This document shows positions 9,064 to 19,114 of a stretch of DNA of 52,868 nt, piece by piece (within the stretch, counting starts at the first letter, position 1; each line of letters starts with the position of its first letter). The translations under genes were made by a program, and so were the position numbers. Under the pieces are notes generated by a model. It worked only from the letters and a program-made list of their open reading frames with translations, made no database searches and was not told the origin of the DNA. This stretch comes from Pseudodonghicola sp. (GTDB lineage Bacteria; Pseudomonadota; Alphaproteobacteria; Rhodobacterales; Rhodobacteraceae). The stretch is taken from positions 1 to 52,868 of the forward strand of contig JBFXGQ010000001.1 of NCBI GenBank assembly GCA_050177915.1, read 5' to 3'.

Positions 9064-11337
9064 ATGACCGACTACAGCCCCGCAGGGACGCAGGACTGCA
9101 TGGCGACGATCGCCATCTGCACCTACAACCGCATCGGCACCCTCCCGCGCACCTTGCAGTCGCTCGAGATGTTGCGCGGCGAATTCGATTTCGAGGTGCT
9201 GGTGGTCAACGGCCCCTCGACCGATGGCACCACCGAATTCCTCGCCGATTGCCCGGGCGTCCGGGTGTTGCAGAACCCCGAGATCAACCTGTCGGTGTCG
9301 CGCAATATCGCCATCGCCAATGCCGCCGGCCGCTACATCAGCTTCATCGACGACGATGCCATCCCCGAGCCCGACTGGCTGGAACTGGTGGTGGCGCGGA
9401 TGGAGGCCGATCCCGGGCTGTCGGCCCTGGGCGGTTTCATCCGCGACGCCGACGGCATCAACTATCAGGCGCGCTACGTCACCTGCGACGCGCTGGGGCG
9501 GACCTATTTCGGCGAAAATCCCGATTATGTCGCGCTGCTCTCGGGCGAGGTGCATACCTTCCCCAGCCTGACCGGCACCAATGTCACCTTCCGGCTGTCG
9601 GACCTGCGCCGGATCGGCGGCTTCGACGAGGTCTACGCCTATTTCTACGACGAGACCGACGTCAACAAGCGGATGGACGATGCCGGCCTGCGCGCCGAGG
9701 TGCTGCCGCAGGCGGAGATCCACCACAAATACGCCCCCAGCCATCTCCGGACCGAGAAGAAGGTGGCGACCAACATGTATCCGATCGCCCGCTCGACCGC
9801 CTATTTCGCCATCCGCCACGGCGCCCCGGCCTTCGGCTGGCAGGCGGCGGTGGAGCGGCTGCAGACCTTCTACGCTAATGAATTCCGCTGGAAGCTGGAG
9901 ACCCTGACGGCGGGCAATCTGGATCACGAGGGGTTCCGCACGCTGATGGATCAGACCCGGCGCGGTATCACCGACGGGATCGACGTGGCGATGCAGACCC
10001 TCGAGGCGGGCGAGCCGGCCGATCCGCAGGCCCGGCTGGCGCGGCATGTCCGGCCGGCGCCGACGGTGATCCGCCAGGCCCGGGGCGCGGACCGGGAGGT
10101 CCTGCGGCTGTGCATGTTCTCGCAGGATCACGGCTTCGCCCAGCAGGGCGGCATCGGCCGCTGGAGCAACCTGGTCGCCCGCGGCCTGGCCGAGCGCGGC
10201 CATGAGGTGACGCTGCTGGGGCATCTGGGCAAGCAGCGGCCGCGGGAATTCTGCGATTTCACCGAAGGCGGCTACTGGAGCCACAACCTGGGCCGGTTCG
10301 ACCGTCTGGGCGGGCAGGAGCGCGATTGTTTCGGGTTGCCGGCGATCGCCGCCAATGCCTCCAGGCGGATGCTCTCGGAAATCGAACGGATCCAGCCGCG
10401 CCGGCAGTTCCAGGTGGCCAGCTCGCCGATCTGGGACGTGGAGGGGGCGGCGCTGATCGCCGCCGGCACCATTCCCACGGTGCTGAGCCTGCATACCTGC
10501 ACCGGGCTGATCCTGCCGTCGAAGCCCGAGTGGCGCGCGAATGAGGACTATTACCGCAACCATGTGCTGCGGATGATGAATGCCGAGATCCAGGCGCTCA
10601 GGCGTAGCCCGATGCTGCTGGCCAATTCGACCGCGATCCTGACCGATATCTCGGCGGTCTACGGCATGGATCTGTTCGACCGGCCGCATGCGGTGGTGCC
10701 GCACGGGCTGGCCGATATCGAGGCGCCCGAGGGGCTGCTGGAGGCGCGCCAGGCGGCGCGGGAGGGCGGCGCGCCGCTGCGGATCCTGTTCCTCGGCCGG
10801 CTGGAGACCCGCAAGGGCGTCGCCCATCTGGTGCCGGCGCTGCAGCGGCTGCTGGCCGCGCGCGACGATGTCTGCGTCGATCTGGTCGGCTCCAAGGTCG
10901 ACGACGAGAATTTCAGGCTGGTCTCGGAGCTCTGCGCCGCCTGGCCGGAGCGGGTGATCTGGCACGGCTTCCTGGCGGATGCCGGGATCGACGCGCTGAT
11001 GCGGCAGGCCGATATCTTCGTGGCCCCCTCGCTCTATGAATCCTTCGGCCTGATCTATGCCGAGGCGGCGCGCTATTCGATCCCCTCGGTGGGTTTCGCC
11101 GTGGGCGGCGTGCCCGAGGTGGTCACGGATGGCGTCGACGGGCTGCTGGTCCCGTCGGAGGAGACCGCGGCGCTCTCTGCCGCGCTGCTGCGGCTGGTCG
11201 AGGAGGATGATCTGCGGCGGCGGATGTCGAAGGCGGCCCGGGCCAGCTTCGAGGCGAAATTCGGCTATGAGCTGATGGCCGAGCGGCTGGAACGGGTCTA
11301 TCGCGAGACCATCGCGCTGGAGGCTGCGCATGACTGA
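9064..11337 (+). CDS. Bifunctional GT2 + GT4 glycosyltransferase
   Basis: GT2 motifs ICTYNR, NLSVSRN, FIDDD, GGFDE; GT4 motifs GGIGRW, LGRLETRKG, PSLYESFGLIYAEA. Confidence 0.9.
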   Translation: MTDYSPAGTQDCMATIAICTYNRIGTLPRTLQSLEMLRGEFDFEVLVVNGPSTDGTTEFLADCPGVRVLQNPEINLSVSRNIAIANAAGRYISFIDDDAIPEPDWLELVVARMEADPGLSALGGFIRDADGINYQARYVTCDALGRTYFGENPDYVALLSGEVHTFPSLTGTNVTFRLSDLRRIGGFDEVYAYFYDETDVNKRMDDAGLRAEVLPQAEIHHKYAPSHLRTEKKVATNMYPIARSTAYFAIRHGAPAFGWQAAVERLQTFYANEFRWKLETLTAGNLDHEGFRTLMDQTRRGITDGIDVAMQTLEAGEPADPQARLARHVRPAPTVIRQARGADREVLRLCMFSQDHGFAQQGGIGRWSNLVARGLAERGHEVTLLGHLGKQRPREFCDFTEGGYWSHNLGRFDRLGGQERDCFGLPAIAANASRRMLSEIERIQPRRQFQVASSPIWDVEGAALIAAGTIPTVLSLHTCTGLILPSKPEWRANEDYYRNHVLRMMNAEIQALRRSPMLLANSTAILTDISAVYGMDLFDRPHAVVPHGLADIEAPEGLLEARQAAREGGAPLRILFLGRLETRKGVAHLVPALQRLLAARDDVCVDLVGSKVDDENFRLVSELCAAWPERVIWHGFLADAGIDALMRQADIFVAPSLYESFGLIYAEAARYSIPSVGFAVGGVPEVVTDGVDGLLVPSEETAALSAALLRLVEEDDLRRRMSKAARASFEAKFGYELMAERLERVYRETIALEAAHD

Positions 11338-12094
11338 GCCGATCGATTATGCGGCGCGGCGGGAGATCTTCCGCGCGGCGCTGAAGGCGCATGGGATCAC
11401 CCGCTGCGTGCTGGTGACCGGGTCGTTCCGGGCCGGGACCAGTTTCATCTGCTCGCTGCTGGCCCGCAACGGCCTGCCCTCGATCGGGGACGAGAAGTTT
11501 TCCGGCTATTTCCAGTGCCGTCATCCCGGCAGCGAGGCGCTGCTGCGGGACAAGCTCGATGCCAGCCTGGCCAGCGCGCGGGACGGGCTGTTCTGCGCCA
11601 AGCTGATGTGGCCGCACCGCAACGACCTGGCGAATGCGCTGGGTTTCGAGCGCGCCGACAGCGCCGGTTTCGCGCAGATCTTTCCGCAGGCGAAATGGAT
11701 CAACATCGTGCGCCGGGACAAGATCGGCCAGGCGATCAGCTTCTGGAAGGCCAAGCAGACCGACCGCTGGCATGTCTTCGGCAAGGAGGAGGAGCCCGAG
11801 GTCGGCTATGACTTCGACGGGCTGCGCGCGGCGATGGCGGAGCTGTCGGTGCATGACCGGCTGTGGCGGATCTTCTACCGGCAGGCCGGGGTCACCCCGG
11901 CCGAGGTGGTCTATGAGGATTTCCAGCAGAACGTGCCGGAGCAGCTGGCGCGGCTGATCGGCTTCGTGGGGCCGGAGCACCGCCTGGAGGCGGGGGAGCC
12001 GATCATCGAGACCGGGCTGAAGAAGCAGCGCAACGCCAATTCCGAGGCGCTGCGGCTGAAATTCCTGGATGATTGCTTCCGGTCGGGGAACTGA
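11330..12094 (+). CDS. Stf0/LpsS-family sulfotransferase
   Basis: FRAGTS (5'-PSB), KLMW, RRDKIGQAISFWKAKQT, YEDF and KKQ are typical of Stf0-family proteins. Confidence 0.85.
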   Translation: MTEPIDYAARREIFRAALKAHGITRCVLVTGSFRAGTSFICSLLARNGLPSIGDEKFSGYFQCRHPGSEALLRDKLDASLASARDGLFCAKLMWPHRNDLANALGFERADSAGFAQIFPQAKWINIVRRDKIGQAISFWKAKQTDRWHVFGKEEEPEVGYDFDGLRAAMAELSVHDRLWRIFYRQAGVTPAEVVYEDFQQNVPEQLARLIGFVGPEHRLEAGEPIIETGLKKQRNANSEALRLKFLDDCFRSGN

Positions 12095-12104
12095 GGGGAA
12101 AACG

Positions 12105-12773
12105 ATGACATTGATTTGTCACAGCAAGAAATTCATCTTTCTCAAGACCCGGAAAACCGGTGGCACCACATTGGAGATGGCGCTGCAGGGGTTCTGTGCG
12201 CCCGGACGGGACCTGCCCGAACGCGTCGGATATGTGGAGACCGAACAGGGCGTCATCGGAACCCGTGCCTATGACGGGGTCGAGGCTCCAGTCTATGAAC
12301 ATATGCCTGCGCGCAAGGTGCGGGCGCATGTGGGGCCTGAAATCTGGAACAGCTACACCAAGGTTTCCGTGGTCCGGAATCCCTATGAGAAGCTGGTGTC
12401 GGAATTCTACTGGCAGGTGCGCGAAGCGCGCGCCATGTCCGAGCCGGAGCAGATCGGCGCCTTTCGCGCCTGGCTGAAATCGGACGTGCGCAAATGGACG
12501 CTGGAGGATCGCAATATCGTGGCGATCAATTCCCGGCTGGTGGTGCAGCAGGTGGTGCGCCATGAACGGTTCGCCGAGGACGTCGTCCTGCTGGGGCAGG
12601 CGCTGGACCTGGGGGACCTGGAGCTGGTCGATTTCAAGAAGGGCATCCGCCCGCGCAAGATCGAGATCATCCACTATTACGACAGGGAGGCGGTCAACTA
12701 CGTGCGGCGCAACTTCGCCTTCGAACTGTCGGCCTTCGGCTACGGGCTGGAAGATCTGTTTCCACGTATGTGA
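12105..12773 (+). CDS. Sulfotransferase family 2 protein
   Basis: Start ATG 12105; ICHSKKFIFLKTRKTGGTT and VRNPYEKLVS motifs. Confidence 0.85.
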   Translation: MTLICHSKKFIFLKTRKTGGTTLEMALQGFCAPGRDLPERVGYVETEQGVIGTRAYDGVEAPVYEHMPARKVRAHVGPEIWNSYTKVSVVRNPYEKLVSEFYWQVREARAMSEPEQIGAFRAWLKSDVRKWTLEDRNIVAINSRLVVQQVVRHERFAEDVVLLGQALDLGDLELVDFKKGIRPRKIEIIHYYDREAVNYVRRNFAFELSAFGYGLEDLFPRM

Positions 12774-12862
12774 GGCGTGAGCAGAGCCGGCGCGACGGTG
12801 AGGGACGGTTGCGCTGCTGTGTCGGACATTCTATCCGAATTGTAAGAGACTGGAGAGGGTCT

Positions 12863-13432
12863 ATGCCGGAAACCGAAACCATATTGTGCAAGATCGCGGA
12901 GGCCTTCGAGGCCGGGGCAAAACCCTTCGGGACGGAAAACACGCGCCTGGCGGCGCTCGGCCGCGACGTGGCGCCGGTCGAACAGCCGGTGCCGCGCCAT
13001 CTGCTGGCGCCGGGGGTCTGGCTGGACTTCCGCGCCGAAAGCGATGTGGTCACCACCGCCGGCCCGGCCGAGGCGGGCGAGGGGCTGCGGCTGCAGCTCG
13101 AGACGATCGGCGACAGCCCGTGGTATTCGCTGTCCTACGATCTGCCGGTCGAGCCGCTGCAGGGGGCCCGTTTCCTGGGCCATTTCCTGCGCTGCGACAG
13201 CGCCGGTCCGGCCCGGTTCCGGGTCTGCCTGAGGCACAAGCTGGAGGACGGCTTTCGCGATGTCTTTGCCCGCGATCTGGTGGTGCTGACCGGCGGTGCG
13301 CAGGAGGATCTGGTGTTCATCCGGCTCGATCCGGAGCTGCTGGAGCGGACCCGCGCGGCCGAGGTGCTGTTCTTCTTCGAGGGGCGCAGCTTCGACGTGA
13401 CGCTGCAGACCATCGAAATCCTGAAAGTGTGA
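12863..13432 (+). CDS. Hypothetical beta-rich protein
   Basis: ATG 12863 with GGAGAGG RBS, 189 aa, host-like codon usage, alternating hydrophobic strands. Confidence 0.6.
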   Translation: MPETETILCKIAEAFEAGAKPFGTENTRLAALGRDVAPVEQPVPRHLLAPGVWLDFRAESDVVTTAGPAEAGEGLRLQLETIGDSPWYSLSYDLPVEPLQGARFLGHFLRCDSAGPARFRVCLRHKLEDGFRDVFARDLVVLTGGAQEDLVFIRLDPELLERTRAAEVLFFFEGRSFDVTLQTIEILKV

Positions 13433-13442
13433 CGGGCGGCCG

Positions 13443-14396
13443 GTGGTGACTTCGCGCAGCTACAGTTTCGTCATCCCCGCCTATAACGACAGGGAGGGGA
13501 TCGCGCGGCATCTGGACTATTTCCGGACCGTCCGGGAGCCGGTGCAACTGGTGATCGTGGACGATTGCTCCGAGGACGATACCGCCGATCTGGTCGCCGC
13601 CGCCGAGATGCCCGACCATGTCGAGATCCGCTATCACCGCCAGGCCGAGAACGGCGGCCCGGCGGCGGCGCGCAACACCGGGCTCGACCTGGCGACGCGC
13701 GATTATCTGCTGTTTCTCGATGCCGACGATCTGCTGGCGCCCTGTTTCTTCGATGTGATGCGGCTGGCGCCCTTCGGGCCGGGGGTGGATTTCGTGATGT
13801 TCAAGCATCACCTCAGCACCCGCGCCGACGAACGGTTCACCTATGACATGCATCAGGTCGACCGGGCGTTCTTCAGCCGGCAGTCCCACAGCCCCTTCCC
13901 GCTGCAGCAGTTCCGGCTGCAGGACCGGCCCGGGGCGCTGGCGACGGTGAATTTTCCCTGGAACAAGCTCTATCGCCGCGACTTCCTGCGGCGGGCCGGG
14001 ATCGCCTTTCCCGATCTGCGCATGCATGAGGACATCACCCCGCACTGGCAGAGCTTCCTGCGCTGCGAGACCTTCGGCGTGCTCTACTGGGCGCCGCCGC
14101 TGCTGACCCATTACGAGATCCCGCAGGGCACCCGCGCCACCCAATATGTGGGCGAGAAGCGGATGGGCGTCTTCGCCGAACTGGCCCGGATCGAGACCGA
14201 ACTGCTGGCGCATCCCGATGCCGATCGGCTGCAGCCGGTCTTCGTCGAATTCTGCGGCCATCTGTTCCATTGGATGACCGGGCCGCTGTGCAGCGCCGGC
14301 GACGCCGAGAGCCGGCTGTGGCGCGGGCGCTACAAGGCGGCGGTCGCCGCCTTCTGGGAGGCCGCGCAGACAGCGCAGCCGGGAGGGGCGGCATGA
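13443..14396 (+). CDS. GT2 glycosyltransferase
   Basis: VIPAYN, VDDCSED, GPAAARNTG, FLDADD, PWNKLY, HED. Confidence 0.9.
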   Translation: MVTSRSYSFVIPAYNDREGIARHLDYFRTVREPVQLVIVDDCSEDDTADLVAAAEMPDHVEIRYHRQAENGGPAAARNTGLDLATRDYLLFLDADDLLAPCFFDVMRLAPFGPGVDFVMFKHHLSTRADERFTYDMHQVDRAFFSRQSHSPFPLQQFRLQDRPGALATVNFPWNKLYRRDFLRRAGIAFPDLRMHEDITPHWQSFLRCETFGVLYWAPPLLTHYEIPQGTRATQYVGEKRMGVFAELARIETELLAHPDADRLQPVFVEFCGHLFHWMTGPLCSAGDAESRLWRGRYKAAVAAFWEAAQTAQPGGAA

Positions 14397-15388
14397 CCCG
14401 GATCAGCGCCATCATCACCAGCTATAATGTCGAGGCCTTCATCGCCACGGCGATGCAATCGGTGATCGACACGGGCTTCGACGATCTGGAGCTGATCGTG
14501 GTCGACGACGGCTCGACCGATGCCACCCGGCAGGTGGCCGATGTGCTCGGCGCCGCGGCGCCGGCCGGGCGGGTGCGCTACCTGCCGGTCTATTTCTCGC
14601 GCAACACGCCGGGCGGCGTCGCCAGCGCCGCCAATGCCGGGCTCGACCGCGCCAGCGGCGAGGTGGTGATCTTCGTCGATGGCGACGACTGGGTGCTGCC
14701 GCACCGGCTGCGCGCCGCGGTGGCGCAGCATCTGGCGACGGCGCCGGATGTGACGGTCTGCGGCTGCAAGGAATACTGGAACGACAGCGGCGCCTACAGC
14801 CAGTATCCCGAGGCGCATGTCTGGGCCGCGGTGCCCGCGGCGACCGGGCTCGCGGCGCAGCGCGAGGTGGTGCTGCGCATGGCGCCCTTCCCCTGGCGCA
14901 AGATCTACAGCCGCGATTTCCTGGAGCGCAGCCACATCCGCTTTCCGGTGGGGGATTTCTTCTACGAGGACAACCCGTTCCACTGGGAGACCACGATGCG
15001 GGCCGAGCGGTTCGGCTTCTTCGCCCCGGTCACCCATGTGCATCGCATGGCCCGCGCCGGGCAGACCGTCGCCGACATGGGATTGAAGCCGCTGAAGATC
15101 TTCGAGCATGCGCAGACCATCCGCGCCCAGCTGGAGGCCACCGGCCAGGCCGAGGCGCTGCGCGGGCGCTATTTCCACTGGCTGGCCGACCATGTGCTCT
15201 GGTGCGCCCGCCATGTGCCGCCGCAGGGGCTGAACCGGCTGTTCGATCTGGCCCGGCCGGCGCTGGCCGATGTGCCCGAGGCGGAATTCTGGGAGCGGCT
15301 CGGCGAGCAGCCCCGCACCATCGGCGAGATCCGCCGGCTCAGCACCATCTATCTCGGCGACCGGATGGGGTTCTTGCGTGAATTCTGA
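14393..15388 (+). CDS. GT2 glycosyltransferase
   Basis: ATG 14393 overlaps the previous stop; ITSYN, VDDGSTD, FVDGDD, PWRKIY, YED. Confidence 0.9.
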   Translation: MTRISAIITSYNVEAFIATAMQSVIDTGFDDLELIVVDDGSTDATRQVADVLGAAAPAGRVRYLPVYFSRNTPGGVASAANAGLDRASGEVVIFVDGDDWVLPHRLRAAVAQHLATAPDVTVCGCKEYWNDSGAYSQYPEAHVWAAVPAATGLAAQREVVLRMAPFPWRKIYSRDFLERSHIRFPVGDFFYEDNPFHWETTMRAERFGFFAPVTHVHRMARAGQTVADMGLKPLKIFEHAQTIRAQLEATGQAEALRGRYFHWLADHVLWCARHVPPQGLNRLFDLARPALADVPEAEFWERLGEQPRTIGEIRRLSTIYLGDRMGFLREF

Positions 15389-15466
15389 GCCGGCCCCGCG
15401 CCGGGGAGCATTCCCATCGCGCCGCTTCGGTGTCAGGATGAAACCATCCACTGGAGAGACTGTATC

Positions 15467-16588
15467 ATGACCCGCAAGGCACTGATCACCGGGATCACCG
15501 GACAGGACGGATCCTATCTGGCGGAGTTTCTGCTGGACAAGGGCTATGAGGTACATGGGCTGAAGCGCCGGGCGTCGTTGTTCAACACCCAGCGGATCGA
15601 CCATATCTATCAGGACCCGCATGTCGACAACGCCCGGTTCCGGCTGCATTACGGCGATCTGACCGATACCTCGAACCTGACCCGGATCCTGTCCGAGGTG
15701 CGCCCCGACGAGGTCTATAACCTGGGCGCCCAGTCCCATGTGGCGGTCTCCTTCGAGGCGCCGGAATATACCGCCGACGTCGATGCCATCGGCACCCTGC
15801 GGCTGCTGGAGGCGATCCGCTTCCTGGGGATGGAGAAGACGACGCGGTTCTACCAGGCCTCGACCTCCGAGCTCTACGGTCTGGTGCAGGAGACCCCGCA
15901 GCGCGAGACCACGCCGTTCTACCCGCGCTCGCCCTACGCGGTGGCCAAGATGTACGCCTATTGGATCACGGTGAACTACCGCGAGGCCTATGGGCTCTAT
16001 GCCTGCAACGGCATCTTGTTCAACCACGAGAGCCCGCGCCGCGGCGAGACCTTCGTGACCCGCAAGATCACCCGCGGGCTGGCCAATATCGCCATGGGGC
16101 TGGAGCCCTGTCTCTACATGGGCAATATCGACAGCTTGCGCGACTGGGGCCATGCCAAGGACTATGTGCGGATGCAGTGGATGATGCTGCAGCAGGAGGC
16201 GCCGGAGGATTTCGTCATCGCCACCGGGGTGCAATATTCGGTGCGCGACTTCATCACCTGGACCGCGGCGGAGCTGGGGCTGACGCTGGAGTTCTCCGGC
16301 ACCGGCGTCGACGAGATCGCCCGGGTGGCGGCGGTCGCCGGCGATCGCGCGCCGGCGCTGAAGCCGGGCGACGTGGTGATGCGCATCGACCCGCGCTATT
16401 TCCGCCCGGCCGAGGTCGACACGCTGCTGGGCGATCCGTCCAAGGCCAAGGCGCGGCTCGGCTGGGAGCCGGAGATCACCGCGCAGCAGATGTGCGCCGA
16501 GATGGTGGCCGAGGATCTGAAGACCGCGCAGCGCCACGCGCTGCTGCGGGAACACGGCATGGACCTGCCGGTGAGCCTGGAGGGGTGA
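15467..16588 (+). CDS. gmd: GDP-mannose 4,6-dehydratase
   Basis: [46 protein letters not shown]. Confidence 0.98.
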   Translation: MTRKALITGITGQDGSYLAEFLLDKGYEVHGLKRRASLFNTQRIDHIYQDPHVDNARFRLHYGDLTDTSNLTRILSEVRPDEVYNLGAQSHVAVSFEAPEYTADVDAIGTLRLLEAIRFLGMEKTTRFYQASTSELYGLVQETPQRETTPFYPRSPYAVAKMYAYWITVNYREAYGLYACNGILFNHESPRRGETFVTRKITRGLANIAMGLEPCLYMGNIDSLRDWGHAKDYVRMQWMMLQQEAPEDFVIATGVQYSVRDFITWTAAELGLTLEFSGTGVDEIARVAAVAGDRAPALKPGDVVMRIDPRYFRPAEVDTLLGDPSKAKARLGWEPEITAQQMCAEMVAEDLKTAQRHALLREHGMDLPVSLEG

Positions 16589-16593
16589 GCGCC

Positions 16594-17568
16594 ATGAAGA
16601 TCTATGTGGCCGGCCATCGCGGCATGGTCGGGGGCGCGATCCTGCGGCATCTGGCGGCGCGGCGGGACGCGGGGGAGGATCTGCAGCTGATCACCCGCAC
16701 CCATGCCGAGCTGGACCTGACCGATCAGGCAGCGGTGCGCGGCTTCATGGCCGCCGAACGCCCCGACCGGGTGATCCTGGCGGCGGCCAAGGTGGGCGGC
16801 ATCCATGCCAACAACAGCTATCCGGCGCAGTTCATCTATGAAAACCTGATGATGGAATGCAACGTGATCCACGCCGCGTATCAGGCCGGAGTGGAGCGTC
16901 TGCTGCAGCTGGGCTCCTCCTGCATCTATCCCCGGCTGGCGCCGCAGCCGATGGCCGAGGACGCGCTGCTGACCGGCCCGCTGGAGCCCACCAACGAGCC
17001 CTATGCCGTGGCCAAGATCGCCGGCATCAAGCTGTGCGAGAGCTACAACCGGCAATATGGCACCGACTACCGCTCGGTGATGCCCACCAACCTCTACGGG
17101 CCGGGCGACAACTTCCACCCCGAGAACAGCCATGTGCTGCCGGCGCTGATCCGCCGCTTCCACGAGGCGGCGCAGAGCGGCGCCGCGGAGGTGGTGATCT
17201 GGGGCACCGGCACGCCGATGCGCGAGTTCCTGCATGTCGACGACATGGCGGCGGCCAGCCTCTTCGTGATGGATCTGGACAAGCCGGTCTACGACCGCGA
17301 GACCGCGCCGATGCTGAGCCATATCAACGTCGGCACCGGCACGGATGTCAGCATCCGCGACCTGGCCGAGACGGTGGCGCGGATCACCGGCTTCACCGGC
17401 CGGCTGGTGTTCGACAGCTCGAAACCCGACGGCACCCCGCGCAAGCTGATGGATGTGTCGCGCCTGGCCCGGCTGGGCTGGACCGCCAGCATCCCGCTGG
17501 AGGCGGGGATCGCCCAGACCTATGACTGGTTCCTGGCCCAGGGCGCCGGCGGGCTGCGGGCCGGCTAG
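16594..17568 (+). CDS. fcl: GDP-L-fucose synthase
   Basis: Start ATG 16594; [43 protein letters not shown]. Confidence 0.97.
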   Translation: MKIYVAGHRGMVGGAILRHLAARRDAGEDLQLITRTHAELDLTDQAAVRGFMAAERPDRVILAAAKVGGIHANNSYPAQFIYENLMMECNVIHAAYQAGVERLLQLGSSCIYPRLAPQPMAEDALLTGPLEPTNEPYAVAKIAGIKLCESYNRQYGTDYRSVMPTNLYGPGDNFHPENSHVLPALIRRFHEAAQSGAAEVVIWGTGTPMREFLHVDDMAAASLFVMDLDKPVYDRETAPMLSHINVGTGTDVSIRDLAETVARITGFTGRLVFDSSKPDGTPRKLMDVSRLARLGWTASIPLEAGIAQTYDWFLAQGAGGLRAG

Positions 17569-17669
17569 CCGGCTCCTCCCCCCAAAGTAGCATTGAATGC
17601 CGCAGGGGCTTTCATGATATCCTGGACGGACATATTCGAGTTATTTCAGACCACGGGAGCGCATAGCTC

Positions 17670-19091
17670 ATGATTACCCCGGTTCTTCTCTGTGGCGGCT
17701 CCGGCACCCGGCTCTGGCCGCTGTCGCGCAAATCCTACCCCAAGCAGTTCGTGCCGCTGATCGGCGAGGAAACCCTGTTCCAGGCCTCGGCCAAACGGCT
17801 GTCGGGGGCGGGTTTCGCGGCGCCGCTGGTGCTGACCAATGCGGATTTCCGCTTCATCGTCACCGAACAGCTGACCGAGATCGGCGTCGATCCCGGCGCC
17901 ATCCTGATCGAGCCGGAGGGGCGCAACACCGCGCCGGCGGTGCTGGCCGCGGCGCTCTGGCTGGAAAAGACCGACCCCGAGGGGCTGATGCTGGTGGCGC
18001 CGTCCGACCATGTGGTGCCCGATGCGCCGGCCTTCCGCGCCGCGGTGGCGGCCGGGGCGGCGGCGGCCGAGGCGGGGCAGCTGGTGACCTTCGGCATCAA
18101 GCCGACCCATGCCGAGACCGGCTATGGCTATCTGGAGCTGGCCGAGGATCCGGGCGATTTCGCCGCTCGGGCGATCGGGCTGAAACGCTTCGTCGAAAAG
18201 CCCGACCGCGCCCGGGCCGAGGAGATGCTGGCCTCGGGCCAGTATCTGTGGAACGCCGGCATCTTCCTGTTCTCGGTGCGGGCGATCCTGGCCGCCTTCC
18301 GCGCCCATGCCCCCGAGCTGATCGCGCCGGTGAGCGCGGCGGTGGAACGCGGCCGGCCCGATCTGGGCTTCTTCCGGCTGGATCCCGAGGCCTGGACCGG
18401 GGCGCAGGACATCTCGATCGACTATGCGGTGATGGAGCGGGCCGACAATCTGTCGGTGGTGCCCTTCGCCGCCGGCTGGTCCGATCTGGGCGGCTGGGAC
18501 GCGGTCTGGCGCGAGACCGGGCCGGACGAGAACGGCGTCGTCGCCCATGGCCATGCCACCGCGATCGACTGCCGCGACACGCTGCTGCGCTCGGAGGATG
18601 CCGCGCTCGAGGTGGTGGGGATCGGGCTGACCAACATCATCGCGGTGGCGATGCCCGACGCGGTGCTGGTGGCCGACGCCAGCCGGGCCCAGGACGTCAA
18701 GAAGGCGGTGGCGGCGATGAAGGCGAAACAGGCCCGCCAGGCCGAGGCCTTTCCCAAGGACCACCGCCCCTGGGGCTGGTTCGAAAGCCTGGTGCTGGGC
18801 GACCGCTTCCAGGTCAAGCGCATCCATGTCCACCCCGGCGCGGCGCTGAGCCTGCAATCGCATCACCACCGCTCGGAACACTGGATCGTGGTCGAGGGCA
18901 CCGCCAAGGTCACCGTCGACGACGAGGTGAAGCTGGTGACCGAGAACCAGTCGGTCTACATCCCGCTGGGCGCGACGCATCGGATGGAGAACCCCGGCAA
19001 GGTGCCGATGGTGCTGATCGAGGTGCAGACCGGCACGTATCTCGGCGAGGACGACATCATCCGCTACGAGGACGTCTACGCCCGCAACTGA
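17670..19091 (+). CDS. manC: Mannose-1-phosphate guanylyltransferase / mannose-6-phosphate isomerase
   Basis: GGSGTRLWPLSR..PKQF, FVEKP, SIDYAVME; C-terminal cupin RPWG..LQSHHHRSEHW. Confidence 0.97.
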   Translation: MITPVLLCGGSGTRLWPLSRKSYPKQFVPLIGEETLFQASAKRLSGAGFAAPLVLTNADFRFIVTEQLTEIGVDPGAILIEPEGRNTAPAVLAAALWLEKTDPEGLMLVAPSDHVVPDAPAFRAAVAAGAAAAEAGQLVTFGIKPTHAETGYGYLELAEDPGDFAARAIGLKRFVEKPDRARAEEMLASGQYLWNAGIFLFSVRAILAAFRAHAPELIAPVSAAVERGRPDLGFFRLDPEAWTGAQDISIDYAVMERADNLSVVPFAAGWSDLGGWDAVWRETGPDENGVVAHGHATAIDCRDTLLRSEDAALEVVGIGLTNIIAVAMPDAVLVADASRAQDVKKAVAAMKAKQARQAEAFPKDHRPWGWFESLVLGDRFQVKRIHVHPGAALSLQSHHHRSEHWIVVEGTAKVTVDDEVKLVTENQSVYIPLGATHRMENPGKVPMVLIEVQTGTYLGEDDIIRYEDVYARN

Positions 19092-19114
19092 GCGCTGCCG
19101 CTCAGACCCGCAAT

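Noticed and set aside
8410-11331. 973-aa minus-strand ORF
   Set aside because: Antisense shadow of genes 8524-11337.
14330-16555. 741-aa minus-strand ORF
   Set aside because: Antisense to the GT2 gene and gmd; no independent motifs.
881-19091. Nod-factor biosynthesis (ACP, sulfotransferase and fucose genes resemble nodF, nodH, noeL, nolK)
   Set aside because: No nodA, nodB, nodC, nodE or nod box seen.
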